NCBI GenBank assembly: GCA_902540995.1
Contig: CACBOY010000004.1
Location: 1,609-65,608, forward strand
Reading direction: 5' to 3'
Source of the DNA: an uncultured SAR86 cluster bacterium
GTDB lineage: Bacteria > Pseudomonadota > Gammaproteobacteria > Magnimaribacterales > AG-339-G14
Length of the DNA stretch: 64,000 bases
In this document: positions 20,472 through 30,961 of the stretch, piece by piece
Position numbering within the stretch: position 1 is the stretch's first letter
Layout: every line of letters starts with the position of its first letter
Position numbers and translations under genes: made by a program
Notes under the pieces: model-generated
The model's database searches: none
Told to the model about the DNA's origin: nothing
The model's input: the letters and a program-made list of their open reading frames with translations, nothing else

Positions 20472-21137
20472 TTGGTTTTTGTAAAAAACTAACATGGGAA
20501 AAGAAATTAGACATACCTGTATGTAAATTGCCAAGCTACTTGAAATAATTGTATAAGTTTGTGAGATTTGATTAATCTCCTCGTAACTTCCAGTAATTGC
20601 AGACAAGATAGTAATGGTTAGTATTGTGATGAACCAAAAAAAGCCTGCCATGAAAATGCATTGAAGAAAATTCAATTTTGATTTCTCCCAAGAAAGATTC
20701 AGAGATTCAAGCACTGTTTTATTCTCTAAGATTGCAAAATAATTTACAAAGATAAGTAATCCAGCAATTAATATTCCCGGTACAACAAATAAAAGCAGGC
20801 CAATTCCAATACAAAGGGTAGAAATTAAAGAAAGTACCAAAACTTTCAAAAGAAATTGCCATGAAATAGCGTAATAAACTAAAACATCTCTATCATTGTT
20901 TTCAATTAAGTCATTGGCTATGAAAATAGCAATTATAGTTAATAGGGGTGATATCAAAAAATTGTTTATCAACAACAGAAAAATATCAATATTTGATATA
21001 CCATCTGACAAGCTTGATGAAGAGCCAATACTTGCTAAAAAACCAAAAAGGAAAATTAATGGAAGAATCTTAATAGAAAAATTCAATCCAAATTTTTTGT
21101 AATACTCAAATCCTTTTGATATTGCTCGAAGTGTCAT
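20442..21137 (-). CDS. Polytopic membrane protein of unknown function
   Basis: 231 aa with about 6 hydrophobic segments. No motif recognised. The 3' end overlaps the holB 3' end by 30 nt (convergent). Confidence 0.45.
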   Translation of the reverse strand: MTLRAISKGFEYYKKFGLNFSIKILPLIFLFGFLASIGSSSSLSDGISNIDIFLLLINNFLISPLLTIIAIFIANDLIENNDRDVLVYYAISWQFLLKVLVLSLISTLCIGIGLLLFVVPGILIAGLLIFVNYFAILENKTVLESLNLSWEKSKLNFLQCIFMAGFFWFITILTITILSAITGSYEEINQISQTYTIISSSLAIYIQVCLISFPMLVFYKNQSLDEIKDSV

Positions 21138-21158
21138 AGAATTAATAAGAGGTTAATT

Positions 21159-21386
21159 ATGATAGAAATTTGGTCTAAACCGCAATGTCCATTTTGCGAC
21201 AAAGCAGAAAATTTATGCAAACAAAAAAACTTTGAATATAAGAAATATATGCTTGATGTAGATTTCACGAGAGAGCAAATGTTTGAAAAATTTCCTTCAG
21301 CAAGAACATTTCCACAAATTACTATTAATGGAGAGTTAGTTGGTGGCTATACTGAATTTGAAGCGAAAGTTAGATCCGAAGAATAA
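21159..21386 (+). CDS. Glutaredoxin
   Basis: 75 aa. CPFC active site, TFPQITINGELVGGYTEF. SD-like AGAGG upstream. Confidence 0.8.
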   Translation: MIEIWSKPQCPFCDKAENLCKQKNFEYKKYMLDVDFTREQMFEKFPSARTFPQITINGELVGGYTEFEAKVRSEE

Positions 21387-23021
21387 TTGGAGACCCTAAA
21401 CAATTATATTCTCTTAGTAGATAGCTACTTCGGAAGTGCTGCTTGGTTTCCTTTGCTTTTGCTCTCGGTAGGTGTTTTTTTCACAGTATTTTTAGGAGTT
21501 CCTCAATTTAAATATTTTCTACAAGGGTGGAAAATTCTTTTTTCATCTGGCAAAGGCAACGCAGGACAAACTTCTCCATTTCAAGCTTTGAGCACAGCTT
21601 TATCAGGAACTGTTGGGACAGGAAACATTGGTGGAGTGGCTATGGCTATTTTTATTGGTGGTCCGGCAGCTTTATTTTGGATGTGGATTACTGCTTTCCT
21701 TGGGATGACTACTAAATTTGTTGAAGTTTCTCTGTCTCATGCCTATCGAGAAAAAAATAATTCTGGGGAAGTTTCAGGTGGTCCAATGTTGTACATGGAA
21801 AAAGGTTTAAATATGAAATGGTTAGGAGTGATTTTTGCCTTTTCTCTTTTAATAAGTACCTTTGGATCAGGAAACATGCCTCAAATTGATAATATCTCAA
21901 GCACCATTGAATCGAGCTTTGGATTAGATCCTTTAGTAACGTCTATTGTAATGAGCTTTCTCGTGGCTCTTGTGATAATAGGGGGTATAGAAAGAATATC
22001 TTCTATAGCGGCTTCAATAGTCCCACTAATGGCTTTTGTATATCTCATTGGCGGATTGAGTGTCTTAATATTTAATTATGAAAATATCATTCCCTCTTTT
22101 CAAATAATCATTCTTGACGTTTTTGAAGGTACTTCAGTAGTTGGAGGTTTTCTTGGAGCATCTTTCTCGCTAGCTTTTACTTATGGGGTTGCAAGAGGTT
22201 TGTATTCAAATGAAGCAGGTCAGGGATCAGCCCCTATTGCACATGCAACTTCAAGAACTAAACATTCGGTAGAAGAGGGATTTGTCTCAATTTTAGAGCC
22301 GTTTATAGACACAATTATAATTTGTACTCTAACTGGCCTTGTAATTCTTTCATCGGGAGTTTGGACAGAAAAATTCAACAATAGCTTTGAAAGGACTTCA
22401 ATGTATGTTGTTAACGGTATTTTAGAAGAAGAAAGAGACGGTAAAGATATTTTAAATTTTTTAAATGGAAAAAATTCTTCTATTAGAAGCTTTTCAGGCA
22501 ACTTGAACATCGTTTCAGGCGAAATTCAAAATAAGGTAACAATTCTTAATAATAGATCTATAGCTGAAGAAGTTACTGTAAATAAAAATGGTATACCTTT
22601 TACTGGAAAAATTAGAATCGATGATTCTGAGTTTTCTCCCGATTATGAATTTGTTGGGAAATCGCTCGTAAAATCCGCTGTTTTAACAAGTAAGGCTTTC
22701 AATAAAGGATTTTTTGGAAGTTATGGTGAGTATATAGTCTCTATTGGATTATTACTATTTGCTTTTTCTACTGTTATCACATGGGCTTATTATGGCGATC
22801 GTTGTTCTGCCTACTTGTTTGGAGAGTCTTCAATACTTTACTACAGAGTTCTATATATTTTAGCTTTCTTTATTGCCGGGAGCGGATACATAGATACTGA
22901 AATAATATGGAATTTTGCTTTGATTACTGTCGCTGCAAGTACATTGCCAAACTTAATTTCAATTTTTCTTCTAAGAAATGAAATGAAAAGTCTTTTAAAT
23001 TCCTACAATAATAAAAATTAA
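21387..23021 (+). CDS. Alanine/glycine:cation symporter (AGCS family) with a long hydrophilic insertion
   Basis: 544 aa, TTG start per track. SPFQALSTALSGTVGTGNIGGVAMAI, GGPMLYM, GLYSNEAGQGSAPIAHA and LFAFSTVITWAYYG are AGCS hallmarks. Confidence 0.85.
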   Translation: METLNNYILLVDSYFGSAAWFPLLLLSVGVFFTVFLGVPQFKYFLQGWKILFSSGKGNAGQTSPFQALSTALSGTVGTGNIGGVAMAIFIGGPAALFWMWITAFLGMTTKFVEVSLSHAYREKNNSGEVSGGPMLYMEKGLNMKWLGVIFAFSLLISTFGSGNMPQIDNISSTIESSFGLDPLVTSIVMSFLVALVIIGGIERISSIAASIVPLMAFVYLIGGLSVLIFNYENIIPSFQIIILDVFEGTSVVGGFLGASFSLAFTYGVARGLYSNEAGQGSAPIAHATSRTKHSVEEGFVSILEPFIDTIIICTLTGLVILSSGVWTEKFNNSFERTSMYVVNGILEEERDGKDILNFLNGKNSSIRSFSGNLNIVSGEIQNKVTILNNRSIAEEVTVNKNGIPFTGKIRIDDSEFSPDYEFVGKSLVKSAVLTSKAFNKGFFGSYGEYIVSIGLLLFAFSTVITWAYYGDRCSAYLFGESSILYYRVLYILAFFIAGSGYIDTEIIWNFALITVAASTLPNLISIFLLRNEMKSLLNSYNNKN

Positions 23022-24109
23022 TGACTGACGTAATTATTATTGGTGGCGGTGTAATTGGGCTGAGCATAGCACGTGAACTATCTAGGTCCGGAAAAGATAC
23101 TATTGTTCTAGAAAGGAACGAAAGAGCAGGTGATGTAACCTCATCACGAAATTCTGGAGTGATACATGCAGGAATTTATTATCCTGAGAGTTTTTTAAAG
23201 ACAAAACTTTGTGTGGAGGGTAATAAATTAATTTATCAATACGCAGAAGAAAAAAATATTAATCATAAAAAATATGGAAAATTTATAATTGCCTCAAAAA
23301 AGAACGAATTATCAAATTTAGAATCAATTTTTATTCAAGGAAAAAAAAATCATGTTGAAATTTGTAAAGTAGATAATGAACAAGTTATAGAAAATAATCC
23401 TGGGTTAAGATTTTGCCAAGCTCTTTATTCTCCAAATTCAGGAGTTATTGATGTGCCAGAATATGTGACAGCCCTCGAAGGCGATATTCAACATTCGGGA
23501 GGTTTAATATCTTTAAGAACATCTTTTTTATCTGCAAAAAAAAAGAAGAATAAATTTATTGTTTCTTGTTCAGCAGAAGAAGAATTCTCAATTGAAAGTA
23601 AATATTTAATAAATTGCAGTGGGTTAAGTAATGAGATAACTTTAAAAAAAATAGAAAATTTCCCAACTAATAAAATATATAAAAATTACTTTGCAAAAGG
23701 TCATTATTTTAAATATTCTGGAAAATCTCCTTTTTCAAATTTAATTTATCCTGTTTCCGGTCAGCATAGTTTAGGTATTCATATTGGTTTTGATTTAGCT
23801 GGCGGGATGAGATTTGGACCAGATGTAGAATTTGTTGAAAAAATTGACTATACATTTGATCTGTCACTAAAAAGCAAATTTATTAATTCCATTATTCAGT
23901 ATTGGCCTGATATAAATCCAGAAAAACTTCATCCAGACTATACAGGTATAAGACCTAAGATTACAAAACCAAGTGAATCTATGCGAGATTTTAGTATCCA
24001 AATTTCCAAAGATCATGGAATTAAAAATTTCATTAATTTGCAAGGCATAGAGAGTCCAGGACTTACATCTTCATTGGCAATAGGAAAATTAGTCAATCAT
24101 CTTTTATAG
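23021..24109 (+). CDS. FAD-dependent oxidoreductase, L-2-hydroxyglutarate oxidase/dehydrogenase-like
   Basis: 362 aa. VIIIGGGVIGLSIA...SSRNSGVIHAGIYYP parallels the LhgO N-terminus. Shorter than E. coli LhgO, so function is family level only. Confidence 0.65.
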   Translation: MTDVIIIGGGVIGLSIARELSRSGKDTIVLERNERAGDVTSSRNSGVIHAGIYYPESFLKTKLCVEGNKLIYQYAEEKNINHKKYGKFIIASKKNELSNLESIFIQGKKNHVEICKVDNEQVIENNPGLRFCQALYSPNSGVIDVPEYVTALEGDIQHSGGLISLRTSFLSAKKKKNKFIVSCSAEEEFSIESKYLINCSGLSNEITLKKIENFPTNKIYKNYFAKGHYFKYSGKSPFSNLIYPVSGQHSLGIHIGFDLAGGMRFGPDVEFVEKIDYTFDLSLKSKFINSIIQYWPDINPEKLHPDYTGIRPKITKPSESMRDFSIQISKDHGIKNFINLQGIESPGLTSSLAIGKLVNHLL

Positions 24110-26132
24110 AAAGAGTTTTAAGAAATCCTAGCTCCTCTGCTGTTTCTTTCAAAGATGCAAGTCTTCCGCTTTTTCCAGCATGACCTCCGATCATATTCAT
24201 TTTTAAAAGAACCGGATTACCTGAAGTTGAATGCTCTCTTAATTTCGGTACATATTTTGCCGGTTCAAAATATTGAACTTGGGAGTCATATAAACTAGAC
24301 GTTACTAGTACTGACGGATATGGCTTAAAATCAATGTTGTCATAAGGAGAATATTTTTTTATGTAGAAATACTCTTTTTTCTTATTTGGATTACCCCATT
24401 CTTTATATTCAAAGGTTGTTAAAGGGATAGTTTCATCTAACATAGTTGTTAAAACATCTACAAAAGGCACTGCAGAAACAATACCTTTATATAATTTAGG
24501 CTCTAGATTTATGATCACCCCCATCAATAGACCTCCTGCACTTCCTCCCATTGCATATGTTTTATTTTTATCTCCTATACCCTTACTTAAAAGTTTTTTT
24601 GTGCAATCTATAAAATCAAAAAATGTATTCATTTTTTTCATCATTCTGCCCTCGTCATACCATTTTCGACCTAAATCTTGACCACCACGTATGTGAGCTA
24701 TTGCAAAAATAAATCCTGATTCAACCAATGGCATAAAAGATAACTTAAAAGAGGGTTCAACCATTAATCCATAAGATCCATATCCATATTGCAACAAGGG
24801 TGCCTTTTTTAAATTTATTCCTTTCTTGTAAATTAATGAAATAGGAACTTTAGCTCCATCCCTTGCATCAACATACATTCTTTTTGTTTCATATTTACCT
24901 TCTTTATGGTTTAAAACTTTTTGAGTCCAAAGTCTTCTTCTTTTTTTTGAGTATAAATTTTGAGAATAAATTGTTGAGGGAGATTTCAAGCTTGAGAACG
25001 TAAAGGAAAAGTATTTTGAGTTATAGTTATTATTATTTATTAAATTTAATGCATAAGATTCATCTTCAATTTCTATATAGACCTTTCTATAATCTTTTCT
25101 ACTACACTGCACTAAACAAGGTAAACCTTTTTTCCTTGTTTCTAAGATTATAAAGTCTTTAAAGCACAAGAAATCTTCAATTAATTCATTTTTTTGATGA
25201 GAAATTAAGACTTTCCAACTAGATTCAGACGTTTTTGTTAAATTTGTTTCATATAAAGCAAAGTTTTTTTGATTCCTTCTATTACTTAATATAAAGAATT
25301 TTTCTGGAGTATCATCAATATAGTAAAGATGTTTATTTTTCCTTTTCAGAAAACATATCAAATTAAGACTTGGTTTTCTAAGATCTAAAAACCAAGTTTC
25401 ATTTGATTCTGTCTTAGAAGATTGCAAAAAAAGGTATTTTTTTGTCCTACTTAATGAAATACTTAAATTAAATTGATTGTCTTTTTCCTTATAAATTAAT
25501 TTATCTTTTTTTACGCTAGTACCTAATTTATGAAAAAATAGAGAATTTGTGATTAGCGTATTAGGGTCTTTTTTTAAATAAAAGTATCCATCTGAATTTT
25601 CATTCCAGATAATATTGCCAGTAGAGAGGCATTCGTTCTTTTCATAATTTTTATTATTTTTTAAATCTTTAATAACAATAGAAAATTCTCTTCTACCATT
25701 ACAATCTTCTCCATAAGCAATATATCTGTGATTTTTAGAAGGATAAATAGCTGAAATATCATAATAATCCTTATCTTTTGCTAATTTATTTACATCTAAC
25801 AATAATTTTTTTGATTTTTTATAGAGTCTATAATATTTTCGATGTTCTTGATAAACAGACGATGTTGAGTAGTATTCGTATTGATCAATTTTTGTTTTGA
25901 ACCCCTCTTCAAATTTAGGAATTGCATCTATATAACTTTTAAAAATTTTATTTGAGCTTACTTTATGAGCTTTAAACCAATAATCAGTATACTGATTTTC
26001 ATCATTTAAATATTTTATAACTTCACTATCTTTTCTCTGATCATCCCTTAACCAATAATAATTATCTATTCTTACATCTTGATGAGTTATTAATTTTTTT
26101 GGTTTTTTTTTTGGAATTGGAGCTTTATTCAT
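24093..26132 (-). CDS. ptrB: Oligopeptidase B / prolyl oligopeptidase family S9A serine protease
   Basis: 679 aa. N-terminal ...DNYYWLRD, beta-propeller-length middle region, catalytic GGSAGGLL serine motif, C-terminal GGHAG. Confidence 0.8.
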   Translation of the reverse strand: MNKAPIPKKKPKKLITHQDVRIDNYYWLRDDQRKDSEVIKYLNDENQYTDYWFKAHKVSSNKIFKSYIDAIPKFEEGFKTKIDQYEYYSTSSVYQEHRKYYRLYKKSKKLLLDVNKLAKDKDYYDISAIYPSKNHRYIAYGEDCNGRREFSIVIKDLKNNKNYEKNECLSTGNIIWNENSDGYFYLKKDPNTLITNSLFFHKLGTSVKKDKLIYKEKDNQFNLSISLSRTKKYLFLQSSKTESNETWFLDLRKPSLNLICFLKRKNKHLYYIDDTPEKFFILSNRRNQKNFALYETNLTKTSESSWKVLISHQKNELIEDFLCFKDFIILETRKKGLPCLVQCSRKDYRKVYIEIEDESYALNLINNNNYNSKYFSFTFSSLKSPSTIYSQNLYSKKRRRLWTQKVLNHKEGKYETKRMYVDARDGAKVPISLIYKKGINLKKAPLLQYGYGSYGLMVEPSFKLSFMPLVESGFIFAIAHIRGGQDLGRKWYDEGRMMKKMNTFFDFIDCTKKLLSKGIGDKNKTYAMGGSAGGLLMGVIINLEPKLYKGIVSAVPFVDVLTTMLDETIPLTTFEYKEWGNPNKKKEYFYIKKYSPYDNIDFKPYPSVLVTSSLYDSQVQYFEPAKYVPKLREHSTSGNPVLLKMNMIGGHAGKSGRLASLKETAEELGFLKTLSIKDD

Positions 26133-26204
26133 AAAAAACTGTACACTGTGTCACTTGGTTAAAATACTTTTCTTTTATTTATGTAAAATACACCGCTTTA
26201 AAAA

Positions 26205-28106
26205 ATGCGTAAACAAGAATTAGTTATAAAAGATGAAATTGATTTAATATCAATGTTTTCCGTTATTCTGGATAATTTTAATTTTTTAATTTCAATTTTA
26301 TTCTCATCCTTATTTGTAATTTTTATTTATTATTTATCGGCTACAAATATATACTTATCTGAAACTTTACTCGAAATTAAGCAAGAAAAAGCTTCTTTTC
26401 TTCCTCAATCTCTTCTTAATCAAGGATCTATATCAAATGATTTAGAAGCTGAAGTAGAGATATACAAATCTAATTCTACCCTTCAAGATTCTCTTGAGTT
26501 TATTAAAAATACTAATAAATATGATGAAAGTGACATCCCAGAATCGGTAAATTCTATAAGAGAAAACCTCACAGTTTTCACAGATAAAAAGTCATTACTG
26601 TCCATAAGTTATCGATCATCCAGCAGTGAATTATCTGAAGATCTATTAAATCAATTCAATACAGAATTTATCAATGATAGAAAAAATTTTCAAAAAGAGT
26701 CAAGCGCAGCGGGTAGAGAATTTATTAGAAAAGAAATTCCAAAAATAAAGCTTTTATTAAAAAGTGCTGAAGATAGTTTGAATGAATTTAAAGTTTCTAC
26801 AAATACTTCAGATTATATTTTTGATACAAAAGCTACAAACGTAAAATTAGAACGTCTGAAAAATAGAATAGATGAAATTGAATTCAAAGAACTTGAACTT
26901 AAAGAGTTTTATAAAGAAACCCACCCGATTTATTTAACCTTAACAAAGCAAAAAAATTTGATTCAATCTCAAATTCAAGATATTGAAAATGATCTTCCTT
27001 CAATACCATCCACAGAAAGACAACTTGAAAATTTTAAAAGGGAAGTCGAAATATACTCGAATGTTTTACGAGAGTTATCTTCTCAAGAAATTTCTCTTGG
27101 CATGAAGGAGGCTTCGAGTATAAGTAATGTAAGAATAATAAATAGCGCTTCCAAGGGGGTTAAAGTTTCTCCAACAATTTGGATATTTTTATTTTCAATT
27201 GGTTTAACTTTCATTGCATATATATTTTTATTATTCCGCCATTTTTTAGGCGATCAAATAACTAATTTTGATGCTTTGTCCGATTACATAGGAAAAGAAA
27301 AAATAATAGGAGAGTTTCCCTTAATAAATTTAAATAAAAGTCATAAAGAATTAAATAAATTCAATATAGCAGATGAACTTATGAATAAATTTATTTATGA
27401 ACTAACAAATCACTTGGAAAAAGATCAAAGATTTATTGAGGTTATAGGGTCAAGAAAGGACGTTGGAAAGACAGACATATCACTTCGTATGTTTAATAAA
27501 TTAAAAACAAAATATAAAACTTGTTTAATAGACTTGGATTATAGAAAAAAAGGTTTATCCAAAGACTTATCTTTAAATACTTCGTATAAAAGTTTTAGTG
27601 ATTTCAGGCAAAATTCTAAAGATTCATCTCTTGAAAATGAAAGTATCATTATTCCTTCATTAGATATTGAGGATCCGGCTGATTTCTTTTCTTCAGAAAC
27701 ATTCAAAAGTGAAATTGAAAAATTAAAAAAAGAATTTGAATATATAATTTGTGACACACCTCCATGGAAACTTTTTGTTGACGCAAAAATAATTAGTAAG
27801 AATTTTTCTACACATCTTTATATTGTTTGTAATCAAATTACTACATTTCAAGATTTAGATCTTTTCATTTCAGATTTTCCAGAACAGGACTCAGTAAAAT
27901 TTTTCTATAATAAATTTAATCTTTATTTTAATTTTTTTGGTTATAAATATCAGTATCCTTACTACTCCAAAGATTTCTATTATGATTATGCTGGATATAC
28001 ATCTTTAGATAAAAGTGGTTTAAATTCTTATTTTCAAAAGTTTTACACATCTTTAAGTAAATTTATTTTTAAAATCAAACAAAATATTATGGGGCTTCTA
28101 AAATGA
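26205..28106 (+). CDS. Polysaccharide co-polymerase / BY-kinase (Wzc/GumC-like)
   Basis: 633 aa. TM helix, long coiled-coil periplasmic region, second TM helix, then P-loop domain (GSRKDVGKT Walker A, LIDLDYRKK Walker A', ICDTPP Walker B) and C-terminal Tyr cluster (YKYQYPYYSKDFYYDYAGY). Confidence 0.7.
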   Translation: MRKQELVIKDEIDLISMFSVILDNFNFLISILFSSLFVIFIYYLSATNIYLSETLLEIKQEKASFLPQSLLNQGSISNDLEAEVEIYKSNSTLQDSLEFIKNTNKYDESDIPESVNSIRENLTVFTDKKSLLSISYRSSSSELSEDLLNQFNTEFINDRKNFQKESSAAGREFIRKEIPKIKLLLKSAEDSLNEFKVSTNTSDYIFDTKATNVKLERLKNRIDEIEFKELELKEFYKETHPIYLTLTKQKNLIQSQIQDIENDLPSIPSTERQLENFKREVEIYSNVLRELSSQEISLGMKEASSISNVRIINSASKGVKVSPTIWIFLFSIGLTFIAYIFLLFRHFLGDQITNFDALSDYIGKEKIIGEFPLINLNKSHKELNKFNIADELMNKFIYELTNHLEKDQRFIEVIGSRKDVGKTDISLRMFNKLKTKYKTCLIDLDYRKKGLSKDLSLNTSYKSFSDFRQNSKDSSLENESIIIPSLDIEDPADFFSSETFKSEIEKLKKEFEYIICDTPPWKLFVDAKIISKNFSTHLYIVCNQITTFQDLDLFISDFPEQDSVKFFYNKFNLYFNFFGYKYQYPYYSKDFYYDYAGYTSLDKSGLNSYFQKFYTSLSKFIFKIKQNIMGLLK

Positions 28107-29215
28107 AATATTTATTTTTTATAATTTTGCAACTTACATTGATAAGCTGCTCAATAGGCACTTCTTTTAAGCTTAATGATATTAAATCTTTTAAGGGAAC
28201 TTTAATTCCTGAGTTATCTAAAGATCCAATACTAATAGAAAAAGTTTCTATAGACCTTATCAAAAAAGAAAAGGAAAAAGAGAGCTTAAACTTACCTTTA
28301 AACCTTTTAAATTATAGCCCTGGATCATACAAAGTAGGCTCTGGAGACGTATTATTTATTTATGTTTATGGAGAAACTGAAAGATTATCAGCTGCTTTAG
28401 CCAGAGGGGCTGCTATTAATCCGGTTTTTGAAAAAATTGTTAGGGATGATGGGACTATTTTCTATCCAAATGCCGGTATCTTGAAAGTTTCTGGTAAAAC
28501 AGTTGAAGAAATAAGATTAATGCTTACTAATTCATTATCCACAGTATTAAATAATCCCCAAATTGATGTATCTGTCACTGAATTTAAGTCTCAGAAAATA
28601 ATTGTATCTGGTAACTTCAAAAGATCGGGAACTATTCCAGTAACTTCTGTTCCAGTTACCTTGACTGAGATTATTGCAAATGCTGATCCATATGGAGAAA
28701 ACGGTCAAAGACCGCTTGGAGATTTGACTTCAGTAAAATTTAGTAGAGATGGTTACACTTATGATGTTGACTATGAATACTTGTCAAGAAACTCTCAAAT
28801 TCAAAATTATATTTATTTGAAAGATGGCGATGTTATCCATTTGCCAGATAATTCTGAAAACCAGGTGCATGTAATTGGAGAGGCTAGTAATCCAATTTCA
28901 ATAAATTTAACAAGGGAAACAATTCCATTATCACTTGCTTTGGCCAAAGCTAAAGGTTTAAATCAATCAACCGCAAGGGGTAAAGACGTTTACATATTAA
29001 GGCCTAAAGATATTGAAGGCAAACCAAGAATATTTAAATCAGATATGTCATCGCCGGCTGGTTATTTACTTGCAGGAGAATTTAATCTTCGATCAAAAGA
29101 TATAGTCTTCATTGGTACTGCAGGAGTTACATCTTGGAGCAGGTTTATAAATCAAGTTCTGCCATTTACAGATTTTATAAATTCTGCAGAAAATACTGAT
29201 TTGATAAAGAACTAA
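28103..29215 (+). CDS. Polysaccharide export outer-membrane lipoprotein (Wza/OPX family)
   Basis: 370 aa. Lipobox LISC, Poly_export-type motif YKVGSGDVLFIYVYG, SLBB-like repeats (GDVIHLP). ATGA overlap with the upstream Wzc-like gene. Confidence 0.8.
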   Translation: MKYLFFIILQLTLISCSIGTSFKLNDIKSFKGTLIPELSKDPILIEKVSIDLIKKEKEKESLNLPLNLLNYSPGSYKVGSGDVLFIYVYGETERLSAALARGAAINPVFEKIVRDDGTIFYPNAGILKVSGKTVEEIRLMLTNSLSTVLNNPQIDVSVTEFKSQKIIVSGNFKRSGTIPVTSVPVTLTEIIANADPYGENGQRPLGDLTSVKFSRDGYTYDVDYEYLSRNSQIQNYIYLKDGDVIHLPDNSENQVHVIGEASNPISINLTRETIPLSLALAKAKGLNQSTARGKDVYILRPKDIEGKPRIFKSDMSSPAGYLLAGEFNLRSKDIVFIGTAGVTSWSRFINQVLPFTDFINSAENTDLIKN

Positions 29216-29244
29216 ATTAAGTTTTTTTATCCTAAAATACTAAA

Positions 29245-29994
29245 GTGAGATTCTTCTTATTTTACTTATTATTTTCTTCAAGTTTACTTATGGAAATAAG
29301 TTTTGAAGAATTAGATTTTATTCGATCAATTTCGGATAAAGATTCAAAATCAATCATTTCGAATGGAACATCCTTTTGTAATGACTACTTTAGTAAAAAA
29401 ACCTCTTCATTAAAAAAAAACAAAGAATTCAAGAATATTTTTTTATGTAAGTTCTCAAAGAAAAGAAATAGATTTTATATCTACATGTTATCTGTTCAAA
29501 TGACAGAACCTAAATCTCTTAAAAACTTTTGCTCTGAAATTCTTAATAATTGGCCAAATATTTCTGATCATATGGATCCTAAATTAAATTATCAAAATAA
29601 AGAATATTTAGATGGTTTTTATATTGAAAATTTTTATTACGATAAAGTATTAAGTTTTTCTAAAGACTATCAAAATAATCAACGAACTATAAAAAATGAG
29701 ATAGATAATTTTATTATCAAGAACAGAAATAACTTTACTAAAAATAATCAACTCAATAATGAAATTTTAAAAAAAGAATATCTCAAAATAAATAAAATAT
29801 ACAAAAAAATGATAACTGGGAAATCTTCCGACTTAGATACTGTCATTAGTCAACAATTAAAAGAAATTGTTCGATATAAAATATTTGTAAATGATCTAAA
29901 TAAATATCAATCTTACAGTTGTAATTGGAAACCTGGCAAAGGAAAAATTCCTTATGTAAAAAGAGAAAAATTTAGTGAGTTTGAAAATATTTAA
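29245..29994 (+). CDS. Hypothetical exported protein, Asn/Lys-rich
   Basis: 249 aa, GTG start per track. Hydrophobic N-terminus. No recognisable motif. Confidence 0.4.
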   Translation: MRFFLFYLLFSSSLLMEISFEELDFIRSISDKDSKSIISNGTSFCNDYFSKKTSSLKKNKEFKNIFLCKFSKKRNRFYIYMLSVQMTEPKSLKNFCSEILNNWPNISDHMDPKLNYQNKEYLDGFYIENFYYDKVLSFSKDYQNNQRTIKNEIDNFIIKNRNNFTKNNQLNNEILKKEYLKINKIYKKMITGKSSDLDTVISQQLKEIVRYKIFVNDLNKYQSYSCNWKPGKGKIPYVKREKFSEFENI

Positions 29995-30005
29995 ATAGGA
30001 TTAGT

Positions 30006-30959
30006 ATGGGAAATTTATTAAAAGCAAATGGTATTAAAATCTGGTTTGAAGAGTTCGGGGAGTCTTCTAATGAAACAATCCTTCTCATAATGGGTGCAAA
30101 TGCAAATTGCAAACAATGGCCTCAAGAATTTATTGATGAATTAGTATCAAAAAATTTCAGAGTAATAAGATTCGATAACAGAGATGTTGGTAAGTCTTCT
30201 TGGCTTGGTAAGGAACCTACTTATAATAAATTTTTAAAAATCCTTCCAGCATTCTTTCTGAAGATTATTGTAAATAGAATTTTTGGTTTAGTAGTAGATA
30301 AAAAGGGAAAGTTTAAATTTAGTAAATCAGCTGTAGTTCAATACGATCTCTCAGATATGGCAAAGGATGCTGTATCACTTATGGATTCATTGAATATTGA
30401 AAAAGCCCATATAGTTGGAGCTTCTATGGGAGGAATGATTACACAAATCATTGCTCTTGATTATCCTGAGAGAGTAAAAAGCATTACTCCTATAATGACT
30501 ACTCCAGGAATACAAAATGAGTTCTTATCTGGACCTTCCAAAGAATTACTTAATGCAATGCAAAAATCTTTTGTCATGAATCTCAAAGGTAGAGTTGAAG
30601 ATGGCGTAGTAGAAATATACAAGCAACTTACAGGATCACGATTTCCCTTCGATGAGAAAGAGTTTAGAAAAAGGTTAGCTCCAATAGTCGAACATGGTAA
30701 CAATCCATTTGCTCTTCATGGAGCAGCAATTGGTGCAAGCCCTGATAGAACATCTAGATTAAATGAAATCAATGTACCGACCTTAGTAATTCATGGTACT
30801 GAAGATGCAATTCTACCTTTAGATCATGGGATAGCTTTGGCAGATGGTATTAAAAATTCCACAAGGATGATCATGGATAAAGTAGGGCATGAAATTCCAG
30901 AACAACTTTATTCTGAAATAGTAAACGCTATTGTAGAAAATATTAAAAGAGCTTCTTAG
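30006..30959 (+). CDS. Alpha/beta-fold hydrolase
   Basis: 317 aa. LLIMGANAN (oxyanion region), nucleophile elbow GASMGG, C-terminal VGHEIP His. Confidence 0.8.
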   Translation: MGNLLKANGIKIWFEEFGESSNETILLIMGANANCKQWPQEFIDELVSKNFRVIRFDNRDVGKSSWLGKEPTYNKFLKILPAFFLKIIVNRIFGLVVDKKGKFKFSKSAVVQYDLSDMAKDAVSLMDSLNIEKAHIVGASMGGMITQIIALDYPERVKSITPIMTTPGIQNEFLSGPSKELLNAMQKSFVMNLKGRVEDGVVEIYKQLTGSRFPFDEKEFRKRLAPIVEHGNNPFALHGAAIGASPDRTSRLNEINVPTLVIHGTEDAILPLDHGIALADGIKNSTRMIMDKVGHEIPEQLYSEIVNAIVENIKRAS

Positions 30960-30961
30960 TT

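Noticed and set aside
26133-26204. Small palindrome ACAC-T-GTGT in the ptrB/wzc-like divergent region, considered as a possible regulator site or island boundary repeat.
   Set aside because: It is only 4-bp arms, has no matching copy at the other end of the accessory region, and is too short to distinguish from chance.
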